From: Candidatus Dormiibacterota bacterium
GTDB taxonomy: Bacteria; Chloroflexota; Dormibacteria; Aeolococcales; Aeolococcaceae
Length of the DNA stretch: 64,000 nucleotides
Direction: 5' to 3'
Assembly: GCA_963823765.1 (NCBI GenBank)
Contig: CAWGML010000003.1
Span: forward strand, 99,329 to 163,328
A program made the position numbers and the translations under genes. Shown here in pieces: positions 1 through 10,371 of the stretch; the stretch's first letter is position 1, and each line of letters opens with the position of its first letter. The notes under the pieces were generated by a model. It saw only the letters and a program-made list of their open reading frames with translations. It had not been told where the DNA came from and made no database searches.

Positions 1-1264
1 GGTTGCCGGCGATGGCCGCGTTGCTGGTGCTGGTGTTGAACCAGTACTGGAGACCGACGCGCTTGGTGCCGTTCGGGTCCCAGGTCTGGAGGTCGGCCTT
101 CGCCTTGGTCGGGTTGAACACGACATCCGGGTCCGAGTTGTCGCCGAGGTAGCTCTGCAGACCCTTGCTGATGACGCCACCGGTGGCCGGCTTGCAGGTG
201 ATGCCGCCCGGGCCACAGGCCACGTTGACCAGCTGGGTGCGGTCGATCGCCTCGCTGAAGGCGCGCCGTCCGGCCAGCGCGATCGGGTCGTCGATGTTGC
301 CGCCGGCTGGTGCGAACGGACCGGTGGTGAAGTTGAAGCCCACCCAGGTGGTGCGTCCACCGGGGATGTTGACGAACTGGCTCTTCAGCGCCGGGTTGGC
401 CTGGAAGTTGCGCACCGCGTCGAGCGGTGGGTACTGGTCCGCGGGGCCGACCGAGTCGAAGCCGCCGTTCTCGTACTTGGTCACCTGGCTGCCCTGGTCA
501 GCGAGGACGGTCATCTCGATGTCCGTCAGGTGGCCGGTGCTGCCGCCCCACCAGTTGGGGACGTTGCCGAAGGAGAGGTGGTCCTTGGGAACGTACGCAG
601 TCAGCTTGAAGGGGCCGGTGCCGATCGCCGTGGCGGGGTTGGTCCACCACGTCTTGTCGGTGTCGTTGGGGATGACCTTCTGGTCGACGACGTCCATCGT
701 CCAGAGCGCCACCTCGGTCAGCCAGTAGCCCGCCGGCGCGGTGAGCTTGGCCTGCACCGTGTACTGGTCCGGCGCGGAGAGGCCGGACAGCGTGGTCGCG
801 GTCGGGGGCGTGGCCGAGACGGCCGAGTAGCCCTCGACAGGCTGGAAGGCGATGGCGTAGCTGTCCTGGAGGCGCGCGGCGCGGTTCCAGCTGTACAGCA
901 CGTCGGCCGAGGTGACCGGGTCACCGTTGGAGAACTTGACGTCATGGCGCATGTGGAAGGTGTAGGTCAGACCGTCCGAGGAGATGTCCGGCATGCCCGT
1001 GGCGATGTACGGCACTTCCTTGAGCTTGTCATCGAACCTGTAGAGGCCGCCGAAGACGTTCTGAACCGGCGCGATCGAGACCGCGTCCGAGACGTGCCCG
1101 GGGTCGAGGGTCTTGATGTCGTCGATGATCGGGAACCTGAAGACCTGTGACGATGCGAGCTTTGCGGTGCTGCCCGAACTGCTGCTGCTGCCCCCGCCGC
1201 TTCCGCAGGCGGTGGCAACGAGCGCAGGTACGACCAGCGCCAAACCCAGACGGCGATATTTCAT
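1..1264 (-). CDS. Peptide/oligopeptide ABC transporter substrate-binding lipoprotein (SBP family 5), 3' end runs off the window
   Basis: Manual translation: MKYRRLGLALVVPALVATAC (lipobox) GSGGGSSSS, then FPIIDDIKTLDPGHVSD, GLYRFD, YTFHMRHDVKFSNGDPVTSADVLYSW, typical of OppA/DppA. GGGAG lies upstream of ATG 1264. Absent from the ORF track because no stop falls inside the window. Confidence 0.85.
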   Translation of the reverse strand, partial: MKYRRLGLALVVPALVATACGSGGGSSSSSGSTAKLASSQVFRFPIIDDIKTLDPGHVSDAVSIAPVQNVFGGLYRFDDKLKEVPYIATGMPDISSDGLTYTFHMRHDVKFSNGDPVTSADVLYSWNRAARLQDSYAIAFQPVEGYSAVSATPPTATTLSGLSAPDQYTVQAKLTAPAGYWLTEVALWTMDVVDQKVIPNDTDKTWWTNPATAIGTGPFKLTAYVPKDHLSFGNVPNWWGGSTGHLTDIEMTVLADQGSQVTKYENGGFDSVGPADQYPPLDAVRNFQANPALKSQFVNIPGGRTTWVGFNFTTGPFAPAGGNIDDPIALAGRRAFSEAIDRTQLVNVACGPGGITCKPATGGVISKGLQSYLGDNSDPDVVFNPTKAKADLQTWDPNGTKRVGLQYWFNTSTSNAAIAGN

Positions 1265-1426
1265 CCACATCTCCCGGCGGGCTCTCCTTCCCGCACCAAA
1301 TCATGACGCCGGCCACAGCGGCGGCTAGGGGCCGCATTCTGACAGTGGTCGGCGGCGGCCGCCATCACCCATTGGAATGATTTCTCGGGATCGCGCCAAG
1401 CCCGCCCGTATACTTTGCCCGGCCTC

Positions 1427-3994
1427 ATGTTTGGCTTCCTCGGTCGCCAGTCGCGGTCGCGCCGTCTCAACCGGCGCATCCTCATCGCCATGCTCGCGGT
1501 GGCCCTTCTGCCGCTGGCCGCCCTGACCGCGCTGGTCGGCGCCGACCTGACCGCGGTCAACCAGACCACGGTCGACGAGGCCCACCAGACCATCGTCGCC
1601 GACGCCGCTCAGCGCGAGAGCGGCGCCGCCACCGACGGGGCCGCCACCGTCCAGGCTCGCCTCGACGCCCTCGGCGAGGAGCTGGGGCAGCTGGCCAGCA
1701 CGGTCGACGCGCTGCTCCGATCCACCAAGCCCGCCGAGCAGCCCGCGCAGGTACTTCCCGGCGGGGCACGCCTGGTCAGCACGGCCAACCCGCCTACGGC
1801 CACCCTGGTGGGATCAGCGAGCAAGCTGCTCACCGCCGACGGCAAGCTCGCGGACTCGCTCGGGAGCAACCGCCCGGCGATCGCCGCGGCGCTGGAGTCC
1901 GTGCTCAAGCATCATCCCGAGCTGAGCGCGGTCTGGGTCTACAACAGCCCGCAGGCAGAGCTCACCGAGGTCCCGGTCACGGACCCGAAGATCCTGGCCG
2001 GGCTGGTTGCGACGCAGCGCATCGACCCCGGGCACCTCCTCGACCGTCCGTTCCGGGCGGCCTTCCCACGGGTGGAGCAGCCCCCCGCGGCCGGCGCCGG
2101 GGGTGGCCTCACCCAGACGTCGAAGACCCCCACCGGGCCTGCCTGGAGTGACATCGACACCTCCGCCTTCGGCAGCGGCACGTCCGTGACCGTGTGGACG
2201 GGCATGCCGTCGCGTGACTTCTACATCGGCGCCGAGCTGCCCAGCGCCGCCATCGCCGCGCTGTTGCCGGCTCCGCTCTCGAGCCTCCCCGACACCTACC
2301 AGGTGCTGCTCAGCCCGAGCGGGCGCTGGCTCAGCGCCGGCGCCGTGGCCAGCAGCGACTTCTCACTTCCCAGCGGGTACGAGGGCACCCCGGCGCGGGT
2401 GCCCGGGATCTCCACCAAACTTCTGTTGCTGCAGCAGCCGCACATGATGAAGACGCCGTTGCACGGCGTGGAGAAGGACCTCTTCACCGCGCCCATCGGC
2501 GGGCCCCGCTGGACACTCGCCAGCGTGGTGCCCGATCGCGAGCTCGCGCCGGCGCTCGCCTCGCTCGGCGACGGCATCCGCAGCGGCGTCCACCGCATCC
2601 TCATCCTCCAGGTGCTCCCGCTGGCCGTGGTGCTCGCGGTCATCGCGGTCATCCTCTCGGCTCTCTTCTCGCGCCGTCTCGTCGGCCCGGTCCGCGCCCT
2701 CACCACGTCCGCGGAGCGGCTCGCCCAGGGCCACACGGATGAGCCGGTCCCCCACCAGGGCGAGGACGAGGTGGGGCTGCTCAGCGAGGCGCTCGAGCGA
2801 ATGCGCCGCGAGATCAACGCCTCACGCGAGGCGCTGCTCGCGGCCGCCCGCGAGCTCGAGGGAAGGGTGGCCGAGCGAACCGAGGAGCTGCGCGACCGCA
2901 ACGAGGAGCTGGTGGCGCTCAACGCACTCGCGGCCACGCTGACCCGGTCGCTCGACCCTGCCGAGCTGCTCGCGGGGGCCGTGGAGGCGATGCGGGTGAT
3001 CCTGCCGGTGAGCGCGGCGGCGGGGTACACGGTGATCGACGGCGAGCCCAGCCTGGTGACCCATCACCCGAGCCGGCTCGGCGGTGCGCGCAGCGAGCTG
3101 GCCGCGGGCGTGACCGATGCCATGGAGACCGGCGGCCTCTCGATCCACACGTCCCTGGCGGGGCGGCGGGTGGCCATCCCCGTCGCGGCCGGCGGGTCAC
3201 CGCTGGGCGCGCTCGCCGCCCTCGTTCCCACCACGATCGAGGTCCCCAAGCGCATCCGGATCCTGCTCGGGGCGGTTGCCGACCAGGTCGGCCTGGCCCT
3301 GCGCACCGCCCAGTTCGCGGCCGAGGGACGCGAGCTGGCCGTCCTCGAGGAGCGCACCCGGCTGGCCCGGGAGATCCACGACACCCTGGCCCAGCAGCTG
3401 ACGGGCATCGTGCTCCAGCTGGAGGCGGCCGAGGCGTTGCAGAGCCGCAACGACAGAGCACGCTCGCGCACCTTGATGGTGGCCGCGCGCGAGCAGGCCC
3501 GCTTGGCGCTGCAGGAGGCGCGACGGAGCGTCTGGAACCTCCGGCCGATGCCACTCGAAGCAGCCGGGCTCACCGCCGCCGTGGCACTCGAGGCAGAGCG
3601 TTTCGGTGCCCGCACCGGCACCGCGGTGACCGTCCGCGACGACGGCGTCCCCCGCCACCTGGCGCTGTCGCCGCAGGCCGAGGTGGCTGTCTTCCGCATC
3701 CTCCAGGAGGCGCTCGCCAATGCGGGCCAGCACAGCCAGGCACACCATGTCGTGGTCGAGCTCCGGGCCGGCGACGGCGAGCTGACGCTGACCGTCAGCG
3801 ACGACGGCTCCGGGTTCGACGCCGGCGCCGAGCGCGTCGCGGGCCCGGGCGGTGGCAGCTTCGGGCTGGTCGGGATGCGCGAGCGGGCACGGCTCATCGG
3901 TGCCGAGCTCTCCGTCACCAGCCGGCACTCCGGCGGCACCACGGTGTCGGTCAGCGTCCCGCTCGAGCAGCAGGACACGGCGGCGTCGGCGTGA
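1427..3994 (+). CDS. Membrane sensor histidine kinase (extracytoplasmic sensor, HAMP, GAF-like, HisKA_3, HATPase)
   Basis: Two TM segments flank a large domain. H-box ERTRLAREIHDTLAQ, N-box QEALANAGQHS, DDGSGFD and FGLVGMRERA. TATACT at 1409-1414; start moved to ATG 1427. Confidence 0.9.
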   Translation: MFGFLGRQSRSRRLNRRILIAMLAVALLPLAALTALVGADLTAVNQTTVDEAHQTIVADAAQRESGAATDGAATVQARLDALGEELGQLASTVDALLRSTKPAEQPAQVLPGGARLVSTANPPTATLVGSASKLLTADGKLADSLGSNRPAIAAALESVLKHHPELSAVWVYNSPQAELTEVPVTDPKILAGLVATQRIDPGHLLDRPFRAAFPRVEQPPAAGAGGGLTQTSKTPTGPAWSDIDTSAFGSGTSVTVWTGMPSRDFYIGAELPSAAIAALLPAPLSSLPDTYQVLLSPSGRWLSAGAVASSDFSLPSGYEGTPARVPGISTKLLLLQQPHMMKTPLHGVEKDLFTAPIGGPRWTLASVVPDRELAPALASLGDGIRSGVHRILILQVLPLAVVLAVIAVILSALFSRRLVGPVRALTTSAERLAQGHTDEPVPHQGEDEVGLLSEALERMRREINASREALLAAARELEGRVAERTEELRDRNEELVALNALAATLTRSLDPAELLAGAVEAMRVILPVSAAAGYTVIDGEPSLVTHHPSRLGGARSELAAGVTDAMETGGLSIHTSLAGRRVAIPVAAGGSPLGALAALVPTTIEVPKRIRILLGAVADQVGLALRTAQFAAEGRELAVLEERTRLAREIHDTLAQQLTGIVLQLEAAEALQSRNDRARSRTLMVAAREQARLALQEARRSVWNLRPMPLEAAGLTAAVALEAERFGARTGTAVTVRDDGVPRHLALSPQAEVAVFRILQEALANAGQHSQAHHVVVELRAGDGELTLTVSDDGSGFDAGAERVAGPGGGSFGLVGMRERARLIGAELSVTSRHSGGTTVSVSVPLEQQDTAASA

Positions 3995-4590
3995 TCCGCG
4001 TCCTCGTCGCCGACGATCACCCGGTGGTGCGCCAGGGCCTGTGCACCATGCTCGAGCTGGAGGACGACATCGAGGTGGTGGGGCGCGCCGCGGACGGCGA
4101 GGAGGCGGTGATGATGGCTCGCCGCGAGCACCCCGACATCACCCTCCTCGACGTGCAGATGCCCGTGCTCGACGGCATCGAGGCGCTGCGCCGGATCCGC
4201 GCCGAGGACCCCGAGGCCCGCGTGATCGTGCTCACCACGTACCGCAACGAGGACTACATCTTTCCGTCGCTGCGCGCCGGCGCCCGCGGCTACCTCCTCA
4301 AGGACTCGTCCCGCGAGGAGCTCGCGGGGGCGATCCGCGCGGTCGCGGCCGGCGAGTCACTTCTCGACCCCGACATGGTGGACGCCGCCAAGGACGACGG
4401 CGGCCTCACCAGCAGGGAGCTCGAGGTCCTCAGCCTCATGGCCGACGGCCACAACAACGCGCACATCGCCACCACGCTCTACGTGAGCGAGAACACGGTG
4501 AAGACGCATGTCAGCAAGATCTTCGCCAAGCTCGGTTGCCGCGACCGGGCCGCCGCGGTGCTGGTGGGCTGGAAGCGCCACCTCATCTAA
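3991..4590 (+). CDS. NarL/LuxR-family response regulator
   Basis: VLVADDHPVVRQGL, LLDVQMP, GARGYLLKD and the HTH motif LTSRELEVL...TVKTHVSKIFAKL. GTGA overlap with the kinase stop. Confidence 0.95.
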   Translation: MIRVLVADDHPVVRQGLCTMLELEDDIEVVGRAADGEEAVMMARREHPDITLLDVQMPVLDGIEALRRIRAEDPEARVIVLTTYRNEDYIFPSLRAGARGYLLKDSSREELAGAIRAVAAGESLLDPDMVDAAKDDGGLTSRELEVLSLMADGHNNAHIATTLYVSENTVKTHVSKIFAKLGCRDRAAAVLVGWKRHLI

Positions 4591-4695
4591 TACAGGGGCA
4601 CCGTCTTCTCTGCGCGCCTCGCGCGCCGGCCCGCTTCGCTCGAGTCAAAGGCGATAGGCGCTGACGCGTCATGGACGCCATAAACTCCCGCCGCG

Positions 4696-5977
4696 ATGAC
4701 AGCGCAGATCGGGATCGGGATGGTGGGGCTCGGCACCGTCGGTGCCGCGGTGGCCCGGCGTCTTGTGGCGGAGTGGGAGCTTCTCGGCGCGCGTGCCGGC
4801 CTCACACCGGTGCTGCGCCGCGTGGCGGTCCGCGACCCGGGCCGGACGCGGGACATCGCGCTGCCCAATGTGCATGTCGACGGTGATGCCGACGCGCTCA
4901 TCGACGACCCCGCGGTCGAGGTGGTCGTGGAGGTGATGGGCGGGATCGAGCGCGCCACCGCGCTCATGGACCGCGCCCTGCGCGCCGGCAAGCCGGTCGT
5001 CACCGCCAACAAGGCGGCCCTCGCCGCGCAGGGGCTCGACCTGGCTGCGACAGCCCGCAAGAACTCGGTGTCGCTGCGCTTCGAAGCCGCCGTCGGCGCA
5101 GGGCTGCCGATCGTCGGCGTGCTGCGCGACAGCCTGCGTGGCGACCGGGTCAGCGAGCTGGAGATGATCATCAACGGCACCACCAACGTGATCCTCACAG
5201 CCATGGAGCGCGACGGGGCCGACCTCGATGCTGCGCTTCTCGACGCGCAGCAGAGCGGCTTCGCCGAGGCCGACCCGTCCGCCGACGTCGACGGCCACGA
5301 CGCCGCGGCGAAGCTGCTGTTGCTCAGCCGGCTCGCGTTCGACGCCCCGCTGAGCATGGACGACGTCGTCACCGTCGGGATCCGCGGGGTCAAGCGTGAC
5401 GACATCGGTTGTGCCGGGGTCCTTGGGGGCAGCGTCAAGCTGGTCGCGCACGCGCAGCGCGACGGGACGTCGGTGACGCTGTCGGTGCGCCCCACCCTGG
5501 TACGCGTGGGGCACCCTCTCCACGGGGTCGACGGCTCGGAGAACGCCGTGCTGATCAGCTCCGACCTCGCCGGCCGGGTCAGCATGCGCGGGACCGGTGC
5601 CGGCGGCGACAGCACCGCCAGCGCGGTGGTGTCGGACATCGTGGCCACAGCGATCAACCCGCGGCTGGTCCCGCCGCTGCCCGTCGCGACTGTGAGCGCG
5701 GGCGACGACGGCGCAGTCGAGCGAGGCGGTTATGTCCGGGTGCGTCTCAACCGCGTGGCCGACGCGGCTCAACTGGTGCTGCAGGCCCTCGAGGATCGTG
5801 GCCTGACGGTGGAAGCGTCGACACTGGTGCCCGACGCCGGCGGCGGCCCGGCGCAGCTCGCGCTGGTGACCGGGGTGGTGGCTCGCGACATGCTGGCGCA
5901 TGCATGCGAGACGCTCGAACTCGCTGCCCATGGTCGACGACGTGGTCACCGTCATGGATTGCGTGGGCCCGGGCTGA
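4696..5977 (+). CDS. hom: Homoserine dehydrogenase (+1 indel at 5918-5919 fuses it in frame to thrC)
   Basis: [49 protein letters not shown] and [11 protein letters not shown]. Deleting one A gives the C-terminus [21 protein letters not shown] with a TGATG overlap onto thrC. Confidence 0.88.
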
Positions 5978-7032
5978 TGTCGCTGCGCCAGGGCGTCATC
6001 GCCCGTTACGGCGACCGCCTGCCCATCACCGAGGCGACGCCGCACATCACGCTGTTCGAGGGTGAGACGCCCTGCGTGCCCGCGCCACGTCTGTGCGAGG
6101 AGCTCGGGCTGGCCGCGCTGCACCTCAAGCTCGAGGGTCTCAACCCCACCGGTTCATTCAAGGACCGGGGCATGGTGGTCGCGGTGGCGCGCGCGCTCGA
6201 GGAGGGCAGCAGGACGCTGATCTGCGCCAGCACGGGCAACACCTCGGCTTCGGCCGCGGCGTACGGCGCGCGCTTCGGGCTGCGGACTGTGGTGGTGATC
6301 CCGTCAGGGGCGATCGCTGCCGGGAAGCTGGTGCAGGCGCAGGTGCACGGGGCCGACATCCTCGCGGTCCCGGGCAACTTCGACCGCGCGCTCGAGGCGG
6401 TGCGCGAGCTCGCCGCCGACCGGCGCGTCACGCTGGTCAACTCTGTCAACCCGTACCGCATCGAGGGCCAGAAGACAGCCGCCTTCGAGGTCGTCGACGA
6501 GCTGGGCGACGCACCGGACGTGCTCGCCATCCCGGTCGGCAACGCCGGCAACATCACCGCGTACTGGCGCGGGTTCCGCGAATACTTCGCCGACGGCATG
6601 TGCTCGCGACTGCCGCGCATGCTCGGCGGCCAGGCAGCGGGCGCCGCCCCGCTGGTGAGCGGTGAGCCGGTGGCCGAGCCGAAGACGATCGCCAGCGCCA
6701 TCCGCATCGGCAACCCCGCGTCGTGGCAGGGAGCCATCGACGCCCGCGACCAGTCCGAGGGGTCCATCCTCGCCGTCGAGGATGACGCCATCCTCAGCGC
6801 GCAGCGCGACCTCGCCACTGTCGAAGGCGTCTTCTGCGAGCCGGCGTCCGCGACGTCGCTCGCCGTGCTGCGGATGGCTGTCCGGGAGGGCGTCGTGGCC
6901 CGCGGCAGCACCGTCGTCTGCGTGCTCACCGGCAACGGCTTGAAGGACGCGGCCACCGCGGCGGAGGGGCTGAGAGCACCAACGCCGGTCGACGGCGACA
7001 CCGCCTCGCTCGCCGAGGCGCTCGGCCTCTGA
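5977..7032 (+). CDS. thrC: Threonine synthase
   Basis: [14 protein letters not shown] (PLP lysine), [32 protein letters not shown] and [10 protein letters not shown]. Confidence 0.95.
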   Translation: MSLRQGVIARYGDRLPITEATPHITLFEGETPCVPAPRLCEELGLAALHLKLEGLNPTGSFKDRGMVVAVARALEEGSRTLICASTGNTSASAAAYGARFGLRTVVVIPSGAIAAGKLVQAQVHGADILAVPGNFDRALEAVRELAADRRVTLVNSVNPYRIEGQKTAAFEVVDELGDAPDVLAIPVGNAGNITAYWRGFREYFADGMCSRLPRMLGGQAAGAAPLVSGEPVAEPKTIASAIRIGNPASWQGAIDARDQSEGSILAVEDDAILSAQRDLATVEGVFCEPASATSLAVLRMAVREGVVARGSTVVCVLTGNGLKDAATAAEGLRAPTPVDGDTASLAEALGL

Positions 7033-7940
7033 TGCGCGTCACCGTCAGGGTGCCAGCCAGCGTCGCCAACCTCGGCCCCGGGTTCGACGTCATGGCGCTG
7101 GCGCTGCAGGTGCAGAACGAGGTGGTGGCCACGGCCACCGACGACGGCGGCCTGTCGCTGGAGCTGGACCCCGGCGACGGTGACGGGGAGCTGCGCGACC
7201 CCGCGCGCAACCTCGTGGCACGCGGCTACCTCGCGGCCTGTGCGCAGCTCGACATCCCGGAGAGGGCGCGCGGCGTGGAGTTGCGCTGCGTCAACGCCAT
7301 CCCGGTGGCACGCGGGCTCGGATCGAGCGCGGCCGCGACGCTCAGCGGGGTGCTGGTCGCCGTGGCGCTGCACCGCGCACCCTGGGACGAGCGAACCATC
7401 CTCGACTGCGCGGCGAGCATCGAGGGCCACGTCGACAACCTCGCCGCGGCCCTGCTCGGCGGCCTCGTGATCTGCGCGCCCGGCGCGCAGGTGCAGCGCG
7501 TCGACGCGCCCGACGAGCTCCACGCCGTCGTCTTCGCGCCGCAGCAGAGGCTGGCCACCAGCGAGGCCCGGCGTGTGGTCGCGGCCCAGTTCTCGCGCGA
7601 GGACGCCATCTTCAACGGGGCCCGCTGCGCGCTGCTGGTGCGCGCCGTCGTCCTCACCGACTGGGCGGCGCTGCGCGAGGCCATGGACGATCGCTGGCAC
7701 CAGGCACAGCGCTCCGCGCTGTTCCCGCCGATGGGCGCCCTGATCGAGGCCGCGTACGCCGGCGGCGCTGACGGCGCCTGCCTCGCCGGGGCGGGGCCGT
7801 CCGTGCTGGCGCTCTGCGCGCGCGACCCTCAGCCGGTGGCGGCGGCGATGGAGGAGGCCGCTGCAGCCGCCGGGGTCGCCGGGACCGCGCTGCACCTGCG
7901 TCCGCGCAACTTCGGCGCGCGTGTCGAGGTGCGCGCGTGA
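7032..7940 (+). CDS. thrB: Homoserine kinase
   Basis: PASVANLGPGFD, GHMP motif IPVARGLGSSAA, EGHVDN and LAGAGPSV. TGATG coupling to thrC. Confidence 0.95.
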   Translation: MRVTVRVPASVANLGPGFDVMALALQVQNEVVATATDDGGLSLELDPGDGDGELRDPARNLVARGYLAACAQLDIPERARGVELRCVNAIPVARGLGSSAAATLSGVLVAVALHRAPWDERTILDCAASIEGHVDNLAAALLGGLVICAPGAQVQRVDAPDELHAVVFAPQQRLATSEARRVVAAQFSREDAIFNGARCALLVRAVVLTDWAALREAMDDRWHQAQRSALFPPMGALIEAAYAGGADGACLAGAGPSVLALCARDPQPVAAAMEEAAAAAGVAGTALHLRPRNFGARVEVRA

Positions 7941-9154
7941 ATGTCGTCGTGCAGAAGTACGGCGGCAGCAGCCTGGCCGGGATCGAACGGTTGCGCGCGG
8001 TGGCGGAGCGGGTCGCCAACACCTCCCGCGGTGCGGAGGGCGTCGTGGTGGTGGTGAGCGCGATGGGGGACACCACCGACCAGCTCGCAGCTCTTGCCCA
8101 TCAGCTCGACGAGGACCCGCCCTCGCGGGAGATGGACATGCTGCTGAGCACCGGCGAGACCGTCACCGCGCCGCTCCTCGCCATGGCGCTGCACGCGCGC
8201 GGGGTGGACGCCGTGTCGCTGACCGGCATGCAGGCGGGCATCCGCACCAGCGGCGCGCACCGCAGCGCGCGCATCACCGACATCGTGCCCGAGCGGGTCA
8301 TCGACCAGCTCGAGGCTGGGCGGGTGGCCATCGTGGCAGGGTTCCAGGGCGCGACCGACCAGCTCGACATCACCACGCTGGGACGGGGCGGCTCCGACAC
8401 CACCGCGGTCGCTCTCGCCGTCGCGCTGCACGCGCGCGAGTGCGAGATCTTCACGGACGTGCGCGGGATCCACAGCGCCGATCCGCGAGTCGTTCCGGAC
8501 GCGCGCCCGCTCGCGGAGATCGGCTACGAGGAGATGCTTGAGCTCGCCTCGGCCGGCGCCACGGTGATGCATCCGCGGGCGGTGGAGATCGGCGAGGCAT
8601 ACTCCATGCCGATCCGGGTGCGCTCCGCATTCGTCAACTCACCGGGCACCCTCATCCACAGGCAACCAGAGATGGAAGATCGCCCCAAGGTGCGTGGCAT
8701 CGCCCACGAGACCGACGTGGCCAAGGTGACGTTGCTTGGTGTGCCCGATCGCCCGGGGATCGCGGCGGCGGTGTTCGGCCCACTCGGCCAGTCGCACATC
8801 AACGTCGACATCGTCGTGCAGAACGTCAGCCACTCAGGCCACACCGACCTCTCCTTCACGCTGGCCGAGTCCGACCTGGCCCGGGCCCAGCCCGTGCTCG
8901 AACGCGTCGTCGGGGAGGTCGGCGCCGCCGGGTTCGACGCCGACCGCGGCATCGCCAAGGTGACCGTGGTGGGCTCGGGCATCCTGGGTGCGCCTGGTGT
9001 CTTCGCGCGCATCTTCGAGGCGCTCGCCAAGGAGTCAATCAACATCCGCATGATCAGCACCAGCGAGATCAGGGTCACCTGCATCATCGACCGCGAGCGC
9101 ATCGAGGAGGCTGTGCGCGCGCTGCACCGCGCCTTCGAGCTGGAGCTGCTGTGA
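7937..9154 (+). CDS. lysC: Aspartate kinase
   Basis: VQKYGGSS, VVVSAMGDTTD, TLGRGGSDTTA, TDVRG...ADPR and two ACT domains. Confidence 0.95.
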   Translation: MNVVVQKYGGSSLAGIERLRAVAERVANTSRGAEGVVVVVSAMGDTTDQLAALAHQLDEDPPSREMDMLLSTGETVTAPLLAMALHARGVDAVSLTGMQAGIRTSGAHRSARITDIVPERVIDQLEAGRVAIVAGFQGATDQLDITTLGRGGSDTTAVALAVALHARECEIFTDVRGIHSADPRVVPDARPLAEIGYEEMLELASAGATVMHPRAVEIGEAYSMPIRVRSAFVNSPGTLIHRQPEMEDRPKVRGIAHETDVAKVTLLGVPDRPGIAAAVFGPLGQSHINVDIVVQNVSHSGHTDLSFTLAESDLARAQPVLERVVGEVGAAGFDADRGIAKVTVVGSGILGAPGVFARIFEALAKESINIRMISTSEIRVTCIIDRERIEEAVRALHRAFELELL

Positions 9155-9167
9155 TCCCAGCGCCGCG

Positions 9168-10256
9168 ATGAGCCTCTCCGTGGGCATCGTCGGGCTGCCC
9201 AACGCGGGCAAGTCAACCCTGTTCAACGCACTGACCAGGGCGAACGCGACCGTCGGCAACTACCCGTTCACCACCATCGAACCGAACACCGGCATGGTGC
9301 CGGTGCCCGACACCCGGCTCGACAGGCTCGCTGAGCTGTTCCGGCCACCCAAGGTGATCCCGGCGATGGTGACCTTCACCGACATCGCGGGACTGGTGCG
9401 CGGGGCCAGCCGGGGCGAGGGCCTGGGCAACAAGTTTCTCGGTCACATCCGCGAGTGCGACGCCATCGCGCTGGTGGTGCGCGACTTCGAGGATTCCGAC
9501 ATCACCCATGTCGAGGGCAGCGTCGACCCGGTGCGGGACATCGATGTCGTCGAGCTGGAGCTGCAGCTCGCCGACCTGGAGTCGGTGACCAGGAGGCTCG
9601 AGAAGGTCGAGAAGACGGTGCGACTGCAGAAGGAGAAGGCGGCGGAGACCATCAGCCTTCTGCAACGCGTGCGCGACCACCTCGACAGTGCCGCTCCGGT
9701 GCGGACCATGCAGCTGGGCGCGGGTGACAGGGAGAGCCTGCGGGACCTCTGGCTCCTCACCGCCAACCCGATCGTCGTGGTTGTCAACGTCGCTGAGGGG
9801 GCCGCGGTCAGCGAGCCGTCCCCCGCGCTGCGTGCGCGCGCCGCCCAGAGCGGCGCCGACATCGTGGTCATCTCTGCGCGGATCGAATCGGAGCTCGCCG
9901 AACTGGACCCTGCCGACCGTGGTGCGTTCCTCGCCGACCTGGGCATCGCCGAGCCGGGGCTCGACCTCCTTGCCAGGCACGCGTACGGGCTGCTGGACCT
10001 GGTCACGTTCTTCACCGCAGGGGAGAAGGAGGTGCGCGCCTGGCAGCTCCGCCGGGGACTCACCGCGCTCGACGCCGCCGGCACGATCCACACCGATTTC
10101 GCCAAGGGGTTCATCCGCGCGGAGGTCAGCGACGCCGAGGACCTGCTCGCGGCAGGCTCGTACAACGCACTGCGCGAACAAGGCAAACAGCGGCTGGAGG
10201 GCAGGGACTACGTCATCCGCGACGGAGACGTCGTCCACTTCCGCTTCAATATCTAG
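9168..10256 (+). CDS. ychF: Redox-regulated ATPase YchF
   Basis: GIVGLPNAGKSTLFNALT, NYPFTTIEPN, DIAGLVRGASRGEGLGNKFL, FFTAGEKEVRAW and KDYVIRDGDVVHFRFN-type C-terminus. Confidence 0.97.
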   Translation: MSLSVGIVGLPNAGKSTLFNALTRANATVGNYPFTTIEPNTGMVPVPDTRLDRLAELFRPPKVIPAMVTFTDIAGLVRGASRGEGLGNKFLGHIRECDAIALVVRDFEDSDITHVEGSVDPVRDIDVVELELQLADLESVTRRLEKVEKTVRLQKEKAAETISLLQRVRDHLDSAAPVRTMQLGAGDRESLRDLWLLTANPIVVVVNVAEGAAVSEPSPALRARAAQSGADIVVISARIESELAELDPADRGAFLADLGIAEPGLDLLARHAYGLLDLVTFFTAGEKEVRAWQLRRGLTALDAAGTIHTDFAKGFIRAEVSDAEDLLAAGSYNALREQGKQRLEGRDYVIRDGDVVHFRFNI

Positions 10257-10337
10257 CGAAGGGGGAACTGCGTTCCCCCTCGGGCAGCCCCCAGCTCAGC
10301 GGTCTCGTCTCCGGCGAAGTGAATTCGCCTGCGCCGA
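10256..10337 (+). repeat. Copy 1 of an ~82-bp structured dispersed repeat, starting at the ychF stop codon
   Basis: Aligns along its length with 15929-16012. Hairpins GGGGGAAC-TGC-GTTCCCCC and GGCGAA-GTGAA-TTCGCC. Confidence 0.8.
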
Positions 10338-10371
10338 GGCTGAATCACGTGCCCGCGAGCGAAGGCAAGCC

